A stretch of DNA of 64,000 bases from Phoronis australis. Its lineage: Eukaryota > Animalia > Phoronida. Where the stretch lies: NCBI GenBank assembly GCA_002633005.1, contig NMRA01000573.1:186001-250000 (forward strand), given 5' to 3'. Position 1 is the stretch's first letter; the number at the start of each line of letters is the position of its first letter. A program made the position numbers and the translations under genes. The notes under the pieces are model-generated. The model did no database searches. It was not told where the DNA came from and saw only the letters and a list, made by a program, of their open reading frames with translations. Below, piece after piece: positions 18,058 through 30,600 of this stretch.

Positions 18058-20856
18058 AATCAGGGTGAATCACCAGAATTCAAAATATTCAACCAGGACA
18101 ATTTCTATGACCAAGTGTGGTACGTTCATAACAATCAGATTGTAAATGCAGGCAAAGATCTTGCCATAATGTTGGGTGATGTTCTTAATGAAAACTCGCG
18201 CCAAGTGATAATGTGGCACAGGTACGCCTATTCATTACGTCAGCGTTTTATTTTAACGACCACTCAGTCATCGTCGATTCAGAGCCAAATGGATATGAGC
18301 TGCTATCTTTCTAGCGACGATTTTGGCACAGGGTCGACCGCTAATGCTGTTTGCAGGGGAAAAGGTTCTTCAAACTGGAATTTCGTGGACATAAACGATG
18401 ATTACATTCAAAAAGTAACATGTAGATTCTTCATTCAGTCAGAGGAGGTGCCGCCATGTGAACTATTGACTGGGCAAGGAATAGACAGGCAAGTTCGTCT
18501 CCGGCCTCTTGATACTGACGATGTGGAAAGTCAGTTGTGGTATTGGGATGGTGATCGAATTTTGAACGCGAAAACTAAGATGGCAATTTCAGATTACGGC
18601 AATACAATCACTCTCCGACGTAAGGACGAATCCTTGACACAAACGTGGTTGTATGAGAATACAAGAGTTAAATCCAGAACTAATCCAAACCAGGTAATAA
18701 CGTTCTCTCATGATTCTGGCGGTGTCTATTTATCCCCTCTGTCTAGATGGAACCACGTTCTTAAATACCAGAGTTGGATTTTTTTGAGAGAAAAGGATGG
18801 CTTTGACAATCCAGATCGGCTTCGCTGTATTTCGCCGAATTCGAACCCAGATATGTATATTATAAGAAGCGAGCATAAGGAGTGTCCCTTACTAAAACAT
18901 GTGGGAAACGATCGTCCAGGTGTTCGAAAACTACAAAAGAACGTTGATGCCGGAGTACTTTGGGTTGTTCAAAATGACCATCTTATCAACGTGGAGGCAA
19001 AGAAGAGTTTGATGGCCACTCGTACATCGACATTACAATTTGAGAACACGTACACTCACGAGCCTCGCCAACATTGGGAAATGGACAACGATAGAATAAA
19101 AAGTTGGCTCTATGGTCCACAATTCCTTGAAGTTTCTGGCAGTTCTGTAAAGCTGGCCAGTCACCAGGAGACAACGAAACAAGAATGGCAATGGTTCACA
19201 TTGAAGGAATATGAAAACGACAATAAGTTGATGCGCTGCTCGAGGTGTTATAACAAGCAGGAAGAAACAGCGTCAGAGGTAATAGGATATATTCCTATTT
19301 TCGGTTGGCTATATAATCTGTTTCGGTCCGTTGCCTACGCTGCCAAACAATGCCCTGATGTAGCTTTAACGGCATTGATAGATTTCGGTCTGGATATTGC
19401 CTTTGACCTTGTATCATTACTTAGCGGCGGTACGGCTTCTGCTTTGGCGTATGGTTTAAAAACTGGACTGAAATTCGGAATAAAGGCAGGGTTGAAGGCA
19501 ACCTTTCATGCTGTGAAAGGAATGGTAAAAATGTCAATTGTAGCTGCAAAGAACGGCTTTAAGAACTTAGCGAAAAACGGATTGAGGCAAACTTTAAAAT
19601 TTAAACTGAAGACTGCCGCTTCGACTATGCGAACCCAACTGAAAACATCAATCAAGGGTTTGAAGATTACGCTCACATCGAGTTCACGTTCCCTTAAGGC
19701 GCATATGATAAAGCTCGGGCGCCTCATGTTAAAAGGAAGCACGCGCATAAAAGCAACTAAGTCTGGCAAGGCACTCTCTGGTCTGTCCAAATTCAATAAT
19801 TTCCCAGAACTATTCAGAAATGTGAGGAAATTTGTTATTGACAAAATACAATCTATCAGCAAAAACTTGAAGAGCAAAATAAATCGGAAACTGGACGACT
19901 TGTCAAACAAAGCAGAAGATGCTATTAATAGGTCAAAACATCACAAAGTTCGTAACACGAAGCTGATGTGCAGAAGGTTTCGCAGAACACTGTTGCCGCC
20001 GTCCGGCCTTTGTGAAAATGAAAGAGAGTTGCACGCCGCTAGCGTTGACCAAGCCATTGATGCTCTGTCGCACGCAAGACTTTATCGTACGCAAGGAAAA
20101 GTGGACATTGCCGCCCCTGAAAACATACGCAAAGACTTTAAATCTCTCTCTGACCAGGCAAAATTGAATGATCCGGAATTAAAAGTTCAGTTCGGTGCGA
20201 TAGCCATCAAGCAAAACGGGGAATTAAGAGACGTGCAGCGAAAAACGATTTCCGAAATAATCTACATGAGAACACAAAAACCGCCCGATCCGAACTCTAT
20301 ACCTATAAGAGAGACACAAGACGTGCCAGTTGCTGGGAGGAAACACGTTTTAAAGGACGTTCGTCACGTGGAACAGAGTTTGATGGAAAACCTGGACATG
20401 AAAAAAAAACTGGAAACGTGTACCGAAAAAAGTCCTTGTACCATGTATATTTTTACCAAGAATTCTCCATGCTCTAGCCACGCGATGGGGCCCAAAACGC
20501 TAAGCTGTATAAAGTACATTGGAGGTCAGTGCAAGAACTTGAAACATGTACGTTGTGTTGTTGGGTTTGATCAGATTTACACGCCTCTGGATTACCTGCA
20601 TGACGAATCTTGGAAGAAATATTTTGATCGAGTTTTCTTTAACCAGGAAATTGAAGATTTGTTTAGCAACCACGAGTGGATTAAGCAAGAGGATGTCGAC
20701 CTAGTTCAACAAATTACTAAAGATGTCTACAGCCGCACCAGCCCGAAAGACGCTGACGCACTACGTCGCGAAGTGAACAAACAACTTACGGAAGAAATGC
20801 AATTGACTAGAATGTTAGAATTGCGTGAACAAAATACAGATATTTATTGGCTGTAA
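18058..20856 (+). CDS. Second version of the lectin-deaminase toxin-like gene, 5'-truncated by the scaffold gap, with a divergent deaminase tip
   Basis: Frame is open from the N (aat cag ggt gaa...) to the stop at 20856. Retains GYIPIFG, C-RRFRR-x8-C (19969-20013), HVE (20365) and FTKNSPCSSHAMGPKTLSC. The ORF-track start at 18115 is an internal GTG, not a true start. Confidence 0.8.
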   Translation, partial: NQGESPEFKIFNQDNFYDQVWYVHNNQIVNAGKDLAIMLGDVLNENSRQVIMWHRYAYSLRQRFILTTTQSSSIQSQMDMSCYLSSDDFGTGSTANAVCRGKGSSNWNFVDINDDYIQKVTCRFFIQSEEVPPCELLTGQGIDRQVRLRPLDTDDVESQLWYWDGDRILNAKTKMAISDYGNTITLRRKDESLTQTWLYENTRVKSRTNPNQVITFSHDSGGVYLSPLSRWNHVLKYQSWIFLREKDGFDNPDRLRCISPNSNPDMYIIRSEHKECPLLKHVGNDRPGVRKLQKNVDAGVLWVVQNDHLINVEAKKSLMATRTSTLQFENTYTHEPRQHWEMDNDRIKSWLYGPQFLEVSGSSVKLASHQETTKQEWQWFTLKEYENDNKLMRCSRCYNKQEETASEVIGYIPIFGWLYNLFRSVAYAAKQCPDVALTALIDFGLDIAFDLVSLLSGGTASALAYGLKTGLKFGIKAGLKATFHAVKGMVKMSIVAAKNGFKNLAKNGLRQTLKFKLKTAASTMRTQLKTSIKGLKITLTSSSRSLKAHMIKLGRLMLKGSTRIKATKSGKALSGLSKFNNFPELFRNVRKFVIDKIQSISKNLKSKINRKLDDLSNKAEDAINRSKHHKVRNTKLMCRRFRRTLLPPSGLCENERELHAASVDQAIDALSHARLYRTQGKVDIAAPENIRKDFKSLSDQAKLNDPELKVQFGAIAIKQNGELRDVQRKTISEIIYMRTQKPPDPNSIPIRETQDVPVAGRKHVLKDVRHVEQSLMENLDMKKKLETCTEKSPCTMYIFTKNSPCSSHAMGPKTLSCIKYIGGQCKNLKHVRCVVGFDQIYTPLDYLHDESWKKYFDRVFFNQEIEDLFSNHEWIKQEDVDLVQQITKDVYSRTSPKDADALRREVNKQLTEEMQLTRMLELREQNTDIYWL

Positions 20857-22053
20857 ACATACACTGATTGGACCATAGTATTTTTGAAAACAGGAGGGGA
20901 ACGTCGAGACGAACTGGGACGTTGAAGAATTGCATTTTCCCGCTCTTCCTCGAACTTGGAATAAAACGGGATGGTAAAATTCTGAAAGCCAACGATATCG
21001 ACGGGCTGTTGAAACCACGTGCAACTAGGTCTTTTAGAAAAGCGTCAGCCCATTCTCCGCCCCATTATTCCTTAAATTCTTTGAATTTCCAAAGTATCTT
21101 GCTTTTTATCTCTTTTATACGATGATCTATTTTTCGTTTACAAACTGCACTCTTATTTTCTTTTTGAAATGGGTGAACCTTTTGAAGTTATAGCAACAAA
21201 ACATAAAGTCTGTTGCGTTTTGTGACTTCATTTCATATTAAAATTCTTGTCGTTTTGTGTCAGCCATTCGCTGAAATCAAGGCCGTTGAAGTTACCAATA
21301 TTAATAGGCTTAAACATACGATGTCACTGATCATGTAGAGTGTACATGTACGTAGTTCAGATTCGAAACCACACTTGGGCCGTTATTCATTTTTGTCACC
21401 GATCATTGCCACTTCGACTACCACCAACGAGACGGTATCAGAAACCTGGCGAAGTGTAATATAAGAAAACCGGGGATTATGGGGAAATCATGAATTCAAC
21501 AACGTATGCAATATCCACTTGAATTGACAATATCGGGAAATGCCTACGGTTAAATTGCATATAGGCTGATAATAGGAAATTACAACCTCTGACTGGCATC
21601 TAAAAGTTTGCTTTGTGTTATTTAGTGATTGTTTGTATTGGTACCTGTAGTATTCTGACGTGAAGAACGCCGTTCCACCTAGCTCTGCAACTATTTTATA
21701 GGGTAGTTATAACCTGTGGAAACAAATGTGATGATATCCGGGACATGGTGGTATGGCATTTCTATTTTCAGGTTTTGAAAGGTGACGCGATTACTTGTGT
21801 TGACTCTGTGACAATGTTATTGACTACATGATTGTTTTAAGTCCCCATAACAAATTATGCACTTTAAACTCTAAACTTTTATAAACTCTGAATTTTAGCA
21901 TAGAATTAAATTATTTAATTTATTTTAGATGTGCTTGATTGTAAGCCCACTTAGGTATACATGACACTGATATTCTTCTTTTTATAACTTGTGTTTTGTA
22001 AAATAAACTTCTGTGACTTCAGACTGATATAGTCTGTCAAGTAACGACACAAT

Positions 22054-22132
22054 GAGGAGGAGGCAGTGTGGCTCAGTGTGACAGGTGTCCACTCTCTTTA
22101 CTCGAGGTCGTGGTTTCGAGTCCCACTGGATC
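22054..22132 (+). mobile_element. Degenerate tRNA-derived SINE-like head
   Basis: A-box-like tggctcagtgtg and B-box-like gtttcgagtcc. Copy A (about 17124-17172) lacks the A-box segment. No full cloverleaf. Confidence 0.4.
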
Positions 22133-25100
22133 ATACTGCTACACCCTTGGCTCAGGTTTCTAGCTCCTCAGCTCTGTTTTAACTATTTATTAATAAAGCA
22201 TAAAAATGGTTCCAGGTGATCACTGCAATGGGCCCACAAGCACGGCCTGCACACGTCTGCTACAACGTGTATCAGATCGCCTGCAATTATTTTTTTAAAC
22301 GACACAATGTTTATTTTGATGTACTCTTGTTAATAAATACTTTTCTTTTTTTACTATTAAATCGTATTATTCATCGGTCATCACCGTCACAAACAGGTTA
22401 CTACTACTGTCGAGCAAAATTTAATTTAAACATATTCTTTGTTCATTATAAGTCTAGGATGCATTTGACTAGGCGATTTTTATTCTTTGATTTTTATGGA
22501 ATAAACTATTCATTGACTCTTAAAGGAGTCAAAGAATAGTTTATTCCATAACGCAGCGTGGGTCGCATCGCAGCCCCAGATATCCTTCCGCTCAATGAAT
22601 CGCCCTGGCCAATAATAGACTTATTCTGCTCTTGCGTGCGTTTTTAGTAGTCTTTGCAGTCTCATGAATCCATGCAATCGAACAATTCATTATGTAGGCC
22701 TACATTAGCATGAAATATGTAATCAAACAGTGAGCGACATTGAAATGCCTGTTACAAATTTCTATTGACAAACAAGGTGTAGACATCAAATTTTTAAAAA
22801 TATTGACAACAAAATCCGGAGATTTTAGGTGGTACTAAATATGGTGTGAAATGCTCACAACTCGTGGAAAAATAACGCAAACTTCAGTGAAAGCATATTG
22901 AACAACAAACTCAACTCAGTGACATCGTCGTAAGCGGCGGAGTAGTTTTTTTCGCTGTTTTGAAATTACCGCCACTGACGTACCCGTTCACTGCGCCCCA
23001 CTTGACAGCAGTCATTACTGAGATACGTCTCGTTATCCCAGATTAATCTGGCTTCCACGATTGCTACGGTGGTGTATGCCATTTGGATTGCCGGCCGGTA
23101 ACTAGTTTGAACGATTTGCTCCACTGCGTATACTAATTTAGTGTGACTTCACTTACACACTAGGGCTACCTGGGAACACAGGCATAATGTCTTCGGCAGT
23201 TACCGCTCAGATAGGTGCCGACTTTTTACGGTCACATTCAGTCCCCAGTTTACAAAGGGCGCCTTTCCTATTAACTTCACTACCGAAAAGGTTAGCTCTC
23301 CACAAAAACGTTTTGCGACACGAAGGGTTTTATGTTTTACTCTATTTAATTTCACGCGACTTGTTTGCCTCACTTTCGAAGTCGGGAAACCCGAGATACT
23401 TGAGAAACGGCAATCGAAGTACAAATGAAACATTCAGAGAGTATTACAATACGCTGTTCCGCCCCAAAACGCTTCTAGGAATTATTAAAAGTTTTGCAAG
23501 GACAATTGAAACTTTTCCAATTTTGATGAAAACCATCAACAGTCATTTAATGACAATTCAGCACAAAACTGTAAGAGCGTTTTGAGATTTCAAGGTTTTA
23601 TATGATTTGAGGCTAGGTTTGTTTTTTATTGACGCCGTTGTTTTGGAATGAAGGTACCTTTCTGTTTGGTAATTTTTAACAAAAAGAAATTGTCACGAGA
23701 CTTAATCTATGGCGGGAAAGGCACAGGATTAAACAGTCTTCTTAATTCATGTGGAAAATTTCTCCCTTACACTGGTGACCACTGAGATTCCCTTTTCCCT
23801 CGGAAAACTATTCAGCACGCCCTTTGTATTCAATTGCTATTGAAACGAGAAGGTAATTGCGAGCACTATTTCTCAACTGTTATTACACGGAAATAAATTT
23901 TCTCTGACATTTGCGCAGAGTTACAGCCTGCCAGTGAAATGTCGATAGTATGGGTTTAATGACAATTTACGTGTAGATATTACTTAAACGGTAACTGGGG
24001 CTCACCTTAACTAAAGGGCCATTAATCTCAAAGGCGCGGTCATTTTTTCCAGGCGCCGCGCTCTCTTGAAACGGCCGCTCAGAAGAAGGTTGAACGAGCA
24101 GCGGTGAAAATTTCCGCATACCTTTAGAAATGCTCGTTTTCCTTGCAAGCGAATTATTCACGGCATGTTCCAGAAAATGATACGTCCCAGTATAGGCCAG
24201 TGGATCAGTTTTGAAGATATACTTGCCTAATATTGTATATTAGACCTAATCATGAGTATTTTATACCACCCTCTAACCTAGTTACACAGGTAGGACGTTT
24301 TGGGTAGGGGATATTTCTCACGTTAGGTAAGTTTCGCGCCTGTGGTGTCGGTGACGTGCTGGACTACAAAGCCCGGCAAGGCACGTAGTGTACTCAGTTG
24401 TACGTACACTACGACACTTTTTCGTTTCTACTTGCAAACGCTTGTGTATGAAAAGATTTTGCAACATCATGTCCATTAGCTTATTTGCGAAGGCACTCTG
24501 ATGGAGGCTCATTTGTCCTGAACCCACGGGCGTCAGCTTGTGATCGTTTTCAAGGATCACAATTTGAGCTAAGAACGCCTGTGAACTATCGGTATCTAAC
24601 CTTTACTACCAGAGGGCGCTTTACAAGCATGTGATCAATGTCGTATCATAGACTAATATTGTCATCGAGAAAGTTATTTTGTGGACGACTCTGTTGTGGT
24701 TGAACTGAGATGCGCATTTTTATGTAAATCTGTATCCGAAGAATTTTTTAAGAAGGTATGGTTGTACGTAGGCACATCTCAATAGCTGTTGCATAATTAT
24801 TGTCAGACAATGGTGACAATGTATACTTTTGTTTTCTGAACCCGGAAGTGCATTGTCTGCAATAGGTACTAATAGACAGTGTCCACCGCAATGAGCTATG
24901 TATGTGATAAAATATCTTATTGGGCCACCGTTTCTAGCTGGCAACAAACAGTGAAGCTTCTATAGGAGTGCTCCTGGTGGACACGGTAAAAAGAGGAGAG
25001 CACGCAGCGTTAAAAATGGCCAGCTGACATCTTAGTTTACATGGTCATGGAGTGTGATGTCTATGATAGTCACTGTCTATGCCAGTTGTTTTATTAGTTT

Positions 25101-27324
25101 ATTAGATAGTATACAACGGCAGTACATCGCAGGTGTTTGAATTTCCCGATGACTCAAGAAATACAAGGTTGGACACGAGGCTGAGCCCCAACTTCATGCA
25201 GGTGTCCCGTAGGCCTACATCAGACTTTCCGAAAGATGACACACTCTGCTCGTGTGAAAAACTCAAGTGCAGAGCCTGTAGGCAGCCGGCCTTGCATCGA
25301 TTTTGAGTAGTGGGAGAGAACACAGGCCCAGATAGTTGAATTTTGTCATTTTCCATTTTTGTTGAAAACTACTGTATGCAACATGATGTTGAACAATGGA
25401 TTGCAAACTTGTAGTCATTCACCTTCTTTTATAATGTACGCTTTCATTTTTATGTAGAACAGGCTCAGTTCGTGAAGTGAGGTGAAATGAGAAAACTGGA
25501 TAGTAGTCCTTGTAAGAAAACACACAATTAGCATAGAATGAATTTATTATCACGCATAGACATATGAAGCCATTTCTGCAAACTTTTTAAATTTTGAGTG
25601 ACAGTCTTTTTACCCAACTTTTTCTTTCCCTGCTCACTTGTTTCTCCTTTTGCCCAACTAAATCAACAACATTGTTTTAGGTATTAGCCATGCTGGGTAA
25701 TGCAGGTATTATTTAAATCCAACAATTCAATCACAACACATGAAACTTTGATTTCAAATATTTTAACACAAACAAGTATTGCAGTACTATAATTTCTGTA
25801 AGACAGTACTGAGTATATTGATAACGTCATATGAAACAAATCCATGCAAAGGCATTATGAGTACAATGCCAAAGTATTGAACGAATATGGATTGTTGTAG
25901 TTTTGGTAATATAGATTCTCAGTTCATGTATTAAATGTCTGCAACATTCAGCTGTGATGCTTAGACAAAAGTGACTGCGACATGGACTGATACTTGAGTA
26001 ATCCCGAGGCTATTTCATTCTCTGTGATATTTTGGTAAACACTTAGAAAACAGGCACTTTAATGAATGAAGAAAACCTGAAATAAATTTTTTTTGTACAT
26101 ATTGTATGTAAAACTAAGTTTGCTACAGTACAGTGACTGCAACACTAGATAACTAAATTTCAAATACCGGTATATCAAATTTTGATGAAGACTAGAGGTA
26201 AAGATGTGGTGAAATCCTTTCAGTCCTGACGTCATTTACAGACCATCATAAAATGGCACGATCCAGTAAAATGTGTAATACCGGTTACAATATAGCAAAC
26301 AAGATCAGTCGTCATTGCATGTCATAATGAACAATTTCACTTCAACAGAATTTATTTAATGGTAATTATTTGAGATAAGTGGCCGAACCAAAGTGTGCAT
26401 GTGGCCGTAAACAGTGCTAGTATTTGTAATTTATCAACTGCCATTTCAACAAGTAAACCCATCTGATTAATACATAAGTTTATTTTAAGAGTGATTGATG
26501 ACAAATTGAGAACAATCTTAGGAAGGAAACTGTTCACTGTAGACCACCACAAAGAACTTTGGAGAATGTCCTCATTATGGCTTTGTGACCTCAAGAACTT
26601 CAATCTTGAGTTGCAACAGCGCCCTCTGTGCTGTCTGTTCAGACTACTGCGTCTGTCTGGCAATAGCAACTTGTTCATTTGATGACTAACCTGTCTGTCT
26701 GTTAGAACTGACATGTTTGTTGGGCAAGTAACCTATCTGTTAGACCCATCTAACTTGTTTGTATGCTAAATAACCTGTCTGTTGGTCAAAACTTTACTAA
26801 GTAACCTGTCTGTTTGCAAACTTTCTTGTTTGTTGGATTGTTAACCAGTCTATTTGGGAATATTGTCAATTTTGAACCTTTTCGCTGCACAAAAACAGCA
26901 CTTCTGTCATAGTTATACAAAGTGTCGTGCTGCAAACCATACTGCTCACAAGGCAGTGCAGTTGAGTAAGACCAGTAACCGAAGGTGAAAACAAAAACAT
27001 TACAGCTGTCAAGGTCAAGGTTCTTCTTGATCATTACAATAACTGTGTCAAACTCTTAATCCCTGAGGTTGTTCACATACAGGACCTCCATGCTGAGAGG
27101 TCGGTCAATAGGATGTTGTAGCATAGAGGTTGGAACTGTGGTAAATAGTTGTTGACACATCAGCTGTATCGTGCACAGTGATCAGATGTGAAGTACCATT
27201 CATTTGTTGTGCTATTTAATTCTATAATTCTGTTTGACTATTGTACTGGGCCATGTGTTAAGTATAACCCTTATTACGTGGACTAACCTGGTAACTCGAC
27301 TGTAACCGTCAAGATTTTGAACTA

Positions 27325-27627
27325 CCATATTCGCCCTAATAAGCAGCCATGCCTCAATAAGTGCACCCCCATGCATTTTCACACAATTTTTTGAAAAAGG
27401 ATCGTAATTAATAACAACGAAGTTTGATAGCAATGCACCACAATTTTGTAGAAAGTTTGTCATAGGCTACAGATACGTCGCAGAGCGTAAATGTGATGGA
27501 TCCTAGCTTCCGATTTCACCCGTTTAGGAGACCAGGTTTCAACCGCCTTATGATACAATAAGCGCCCCTCCCCCCTCATGAAACGAATTTTTCTAAGCGC
27601 CCTGGATGCTTATTAGGGCGAATACGG
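27325..27627. mobile_element. Tc1/mariner(pogo)-type MITE with TA target-site duplication
   Basis: TA|ccatattcgccctaataagca ... tgcttattagggcgaatacgg|TA: 21-bp TIR with 1 mismatch. Ends about 25 nt upstream of the acceptor at 27651-52. Confidence 0.8.
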
Positions 27628-27679
27628 TAATAAAATATCTGTTGACTTGTAGGTCAAGTGATGGACATACAACAAGGCA

Positions 27680-30600
27680 ATGGAAGGCTTTGGAAATAAT
27701 CTACTTGCATGTCTTCGAGAAAATGCTGTTTGTCTTCAGTATTTGCGAGAATGTGAAATAGCGGAGTGCAACTTTGTGTCATCTGGATACAGGGAAGAAT
27801 GGTGCAGGTTTGATGAGCAGACAACATTAGAGGACAGTGATGATATATGCAAGTTGAACATATCATCAGAAGTGGGTCATTGTTTGCTGTCAATTGGTTT
27901 GACATTTCAGAGACTCAGAGACTGTGAACAAGCTGAAAAGAGTTTTCACGAAACTGATTATTACAGAAGATTGAGCGAAGATTATGCACAATCAAGACTG
28001 AGTTTGCAAAAATGTAATGGTGATGAAAATTCAGAGGAGTATCAATTGTATAGGAGTTACCGAAAGGGTGATGTGTCTCAAAATGTTTCACCTTCAAATG
28101 GCGTGTTGCAAGATGTTTCACCTCCAGGGTGTGTGTTGCAAGATGTTTCACTTCCAGATGGCGTGTCTCAAGATGTTTTACCTCTAGGGTGCGTGTCGCA
28201 AGATGTTTCTCCTCTCGGTGGCCATTGGACGGAATCTGAGGAAAATGCTACAGAAACTGTTCATTGCGAACCAACTACTGGGCTTAACAATCTGGTCAGT
28301 GGAGGCAGTTGCCCACCAAATGTGCTAGTACAAGAAGCTGGTCATTCAGAGCAAAATACCGTCCATAAGAATTTATCATTGTCTCCTGTTGAAGTTGGTG
28401 AAGCTTCAAGTCAAACAGTCATGTGCTTGATTGCATCAGCAGTGTTTCAGCAGGATGTCCAAACCCAAACTAGCAGCATAACCGCAACGCAACAACATGC
28501 AACACAGACAGGTTCTTGCTCACACACGTGTGACGCCTTAACGCAAACCAACACAGTATTTTCACAGTGCTGTCGTTGTAATGTCTTTGCTCTTCCACTA
28601 CCAGAGCAGTACGCTGTCCGCCTGAGAGAGGAAACATCTAAGAGGATAACTTTGGAACAGCTGTCTAGTATTGTGGAGCAGGAGTCTGCTAATGTCAGAA
28701 TGCAGTTTATTGCTGAGCAAAATAAGACTCTAGCCTTGCAGTCTAACATAGAGGACATAAAGGTTAGTGTGGGAATATCTTTCTAGTACATTTTGCAAAA
28801 TTGGTTGAATACACAACACTTAACGACTAGTGTCATGTGTTCAACCAATTGTGCATGTCGGAAAACTTGCTCCAGAAGTACAGCCAGTTAGTACATTTTG
28901 AAAAACTTTGTTTTCGGTGTTTAAAATCCCTCGTACCATAATTTCAGGTACACCCACAGAACCAAAGATATGAATTGCTATGGGATTTCATGAAATAATT
29001 GATATCTGTTCTCGGCCAATCATTGACTAAAGAACATGGGATTCATGAGACGTACATTAAAATTTGTCAAGTATTTGGAAGACAAATTTTAGCTTAAACC
29101 AATGCTGTGTTTTGTTTCAGTGGTTGTACATTGTCAACAGTTGCTACAGATGGCTTGCCAGTTGATTTGCATGATATTTATCAATGCAGCTTGTTTAGAA
29201 GAGGCACATTTTAATAACATTGCTTTGAAAATCATAGCCTCAACAGTGACAAAAATAACTCAGATTTACACGAGAACTTTGTTGACAAAATGGCACTTTT
29301 ATTAAAAACGGAATTTCTTCTATTCATCCAACTTGACACCATTTTTTAACTTGTCACCATAGAAACGTTGTATAAAGCCAATAAATTGGCAATAGAGAAC
29401 AGGATTTTTGAGCTCCAAGTTCGTTCTGAGATTTCAAGCCAAAACCGTTTGATCTAGATTCACTGTCAAGTTGCACAAAAGTTTAGTTGTGGAAATATGC
29501 AGTCTTTTAACTTGTTGAACAATTGTTTTGTTTGGCCTCCATTGAAAGTACTGTAGATGTCCAAACTCTAGTCCACAGGATGGTTAGTTATTGTTCAGAA
29601 GTTCTTCCATGGTTCACTGATGAGTATTTTTCAACTAATTTGTTATTAGTTAAAATCACTGTAACCTGATGCCTTTAATTTTTCTTGTTGCCAGTGTGAA
29701 TTGGGACAGGAGCGTCACCTGGCAGCAGAGTACAAGACTCGTAATGATGACCTGAAGCAAGCCCTAGAAGGAGCACACTCTATGGTCAGTGTTATGAAAG
29801 CTCAATTGTTTTTGCCTCCAGATTGAAACCACTCTTGCACCCATCTTACTGTTGCAAGGACATGTAACACTAAGCCTTCCCAGGTGAAGTTATGTTCATT
29901 TCAAAGACCATACTCTGTCTGTGGTTCGGCGTCAACATTGACTATGTCTAAAGTTATTTAGAATCACAATTTTCCCACATGGTTAATCAGTATCATTGTG
30001 TTGTATGTATCAGAGTATCATTGTGTTGTATGTATTGGAAGTTCGGTTTTGTTAAGTTTGGCACAAAAAGTTTTGTTTTATTTTAGATTAACAAGCTAGA
30101 GGAGCAGATACAATCCACAAACCTTTTTAAAGGGTGAGTAATGTCTAAAGGTAGTCCCCTGACTGTAACCGTTAACATTTGCTTCTTATTCAATGATGTA
30201 AAATGCCATTACTAGTAATAAAAACAGTAAAAGACTGAGTATAAAAAGGATAAATTGGTAAAACCTTGTGTTAAAATCACGCAGACGTGTTGTCCTTGTG
30301 GATAATTTCAATGACAACAATGACTTTTTCCATTGAATGTTGTATTTTTTCTACTTTTTATGGATTTTTATTTAACATAACATTAAATAACTGATCTACC
30401 TGACATTTTGTAATATTGGAATTTTGATGTCGTTATTTCTGGAAGTGCTAATCGTACAATAAAGAAAAGTGCAATCTAGGCTGTGGTACTTTTGCCTATT
30501 AGTGAATTATTTTTTTCTTGCAGAGGTATAGATTATTTACTTGAATCTAAGCTTGCTAACAGCAAAGCAGCAGAATGCCAGACCAGGGTAGAAGGTAAGA

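Larger units (their letters stand above)
18058..23025 (+). repeat. Copy B of the approximately 5-kb duplicated segment (alternative haplotype or tandem paralog)
   Basis: Begins immediately after the N at 18057 with sequence identical to 13066 onward, and ends at ...gtcattactgagata (23025), the same sequence that precedes the N. Confidence 0.9.

Noticed and set aside
18115-20856. A stand-alone 913-aa protein starting at 18115
   Set aside because: The start is an internal GTG (Val); the frame is open back to the N at 18057, so the 5' end is missing because of the gap.
8671-20856. Bacterial contamination as the source of the intronless toxin-like ORFs
   Set aside because: No operon-like gene density; the flanks contain eukaryotic transposon remnants; there is a splice acceptor before the ATG; and copy B runs without a gap into spliced host genes.
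22054-22132. Functional tRNA gene
   Set aside because: A- and B-box-like motifs are present but no consistent cloverleaf or acceptor stem; treated as SINE-like.
24030-24332. Promoter and non-coding first exon of the coiled-coil gene (GC-rich patch, AG|GTAAGT at 24327)
   Set aside because: Plausible, but it rests on a single consensus donor and cannot be supported without transcript data.
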